Origin: Thermodesulfobacteriota bacterium
GTDB taxonomy: Bacteria > Desulfobacterota > Binatia > Bin18
Assembly: GCA_964291405.2 (NCBI GenBank)
Contig: OZ219926.1
Location: 4,257,958-4,321,957, forward strand
DNA: 64,000 nucleotides
Direction: 5' to 3'
Shown here: positions 63,595 to 64,000 of the stretch, in pieces
Numbering within the stretch: position 1 is the first letter of the stretch
How the letters are laid out: every line of letters starts with the position of its first letter
Notes under the pieces: generated by a model
Seen by the model: only the letters and a program-made list of their open reading frames with translations
Told to the model about the DNA's origin: nothing
Database searches by the model: none
Translations under genes and position numbers: made by a program

Positions 63595-64000
63595 GGATCG
63601 TGCTGGATACAAATGTCCTGGTCTCCGGTCTGCTTTCTCCCTTCGGCCCTCCAGGAGATATTGTGAGACTGATAACGACTGGGACAGTACGGGTCTGTTA
63701 TGATGCCCGCATCCTGGGTGAGTATCGTCAGGTCCTCCTGCGGCCGGCCTTCTCGTTCAGCCAAGTCCAAGTCGAATCCGTGCTGGCTCAACTCGAAGCC
63801 GATGGAGACCTCGTGACAGCGCACCCTCTTTCCGAGGGTCTACCAGACCCGGACGACGAGGTTTTTCTCGCGGTGGCTCTCGCGAGTCAAGCCCATTGTC
63901 TGGTAACCGGTAATATCAGGCATTACCCCGCTTCGCGCCGCCAAGGGGTGCGGGTCGTTTCCCCGAGAAATTTCCTGGAGTTGTACCGGAAAATGGCAGT
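63591..64000 (+). CDS. PIN-domain toxin (TIGR00305/PIN_3-like), 3' end beyond the window
   Basis: Own translation: MRIVLDTNVLVSGLLSPFGPPGDIVRLITTGTVRVCYDARILGEYRQVLLRPAFSF...DPDDEVFLAVALASQAHCLVTGNIRHY... It has the acidic residues D6 and D..D.. of PIN. No stop occurs before position 64000. Confidence 0.75.
   Translation, partial: MRIVLDTNVLVSGLLSPFGPPGDIVRLITTGTVRVCYDARILGEYRQVLLRPAFSFSQVQVESVLAQLEADGDLVTAHPLSEGLPDPDDEVFLAVALASQAHCLVTGNIRHYPASRRQGVRVVSPRNFLELYRKMA

Noticed and set aside
1-64000. rRNA, tRNA, tmRNA, RNase P, SRP RNA, riboswitches, integrases and transposases
   Set aside because: I scanned the intergenic regions by eye for conserved cores (tRNA T-loop GGTTCGA-type strings, RNase P GAGGAAAGTCC, SRP GGAAGCAGCC, common riboswitch cores) and the ORF track for recombinase motifs, and found none. 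A computational scan (tRNAscan-SE, Infernal/Rfam) would be needed to exclude them.

Overview
This is 64 kb of a moderately GC-rich bacterial chromosome. The cell type looks diderm: Sec/Tat signal peptides, FadL-like and beta-barrel-like outer-membrane proteins, and a periplasmic-type PQQ quinoprotein. The taxon cannot be assigned from the sequence alone.

Housekeeping backbone, all on the minus strand:
- A tightly coupled bioF-bioA-bioD-bioB operon.
- rpmE-prfA-prmC-murA-hisD-hisB.
- A second his block, hisH-hisA...hisF.

Around the backbone sits a redox and catabolic gene load:
- Six luciferase-like (LLM) oxidoreductase paralogues.
- One hydantoinase B gene and two hydantoinase A genes.
- A Rieske oxygenase alpha subunit, a PQQ dehydrogenase, an aldo/keto reductase, an SDR, VOC/glyoxalase proteins and GSTs (YghU-like, plus a decayed one).
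- An amidohydrolase_2, a crotonase, a BKACE/DUF849 enzyme, ChaC and a truncated haemoglobin.

An AT-richer accessory stretch at about 8.3-12.2 kb carries toxin-antitoxin pieces (BrnT/BrnA, DUF4258, DUF2442, orphan HigA). It also carries a secreted Ser/Pro/Tyr tandem-repeat protein whose repeat array appears interrupted by the DUF2442/HigA genes. A Phd/PIN module runs off the right edge.

Several genes are visibly disrupted:
- hyuA has a frameshift.
- A GST-like gene has compensating frameshifts plus a tandem duplication.
- The PQQ dehydrogenase has an in-frame TAG in its signal peptide.
- A 52-codon alcohol dehydrogenase remnant, a half-length FadL-like gene and a VapB/FitA-like stub are also present.

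Two families of small palindromic (MITE/REP-like) intergenic elements are present. I recognised no rRNA, tRNA, CRISPR array, integrase or transposase.

No single clear-cut novel system stands out. The best candidates for follow-up are:
- the secreted CTD-like repeat protein with nested TA cassettes;
- the co-directional kinase-LLM-hydantoinase-phosphoesterase string;
- the 11.5-kb block that splits the his genes.
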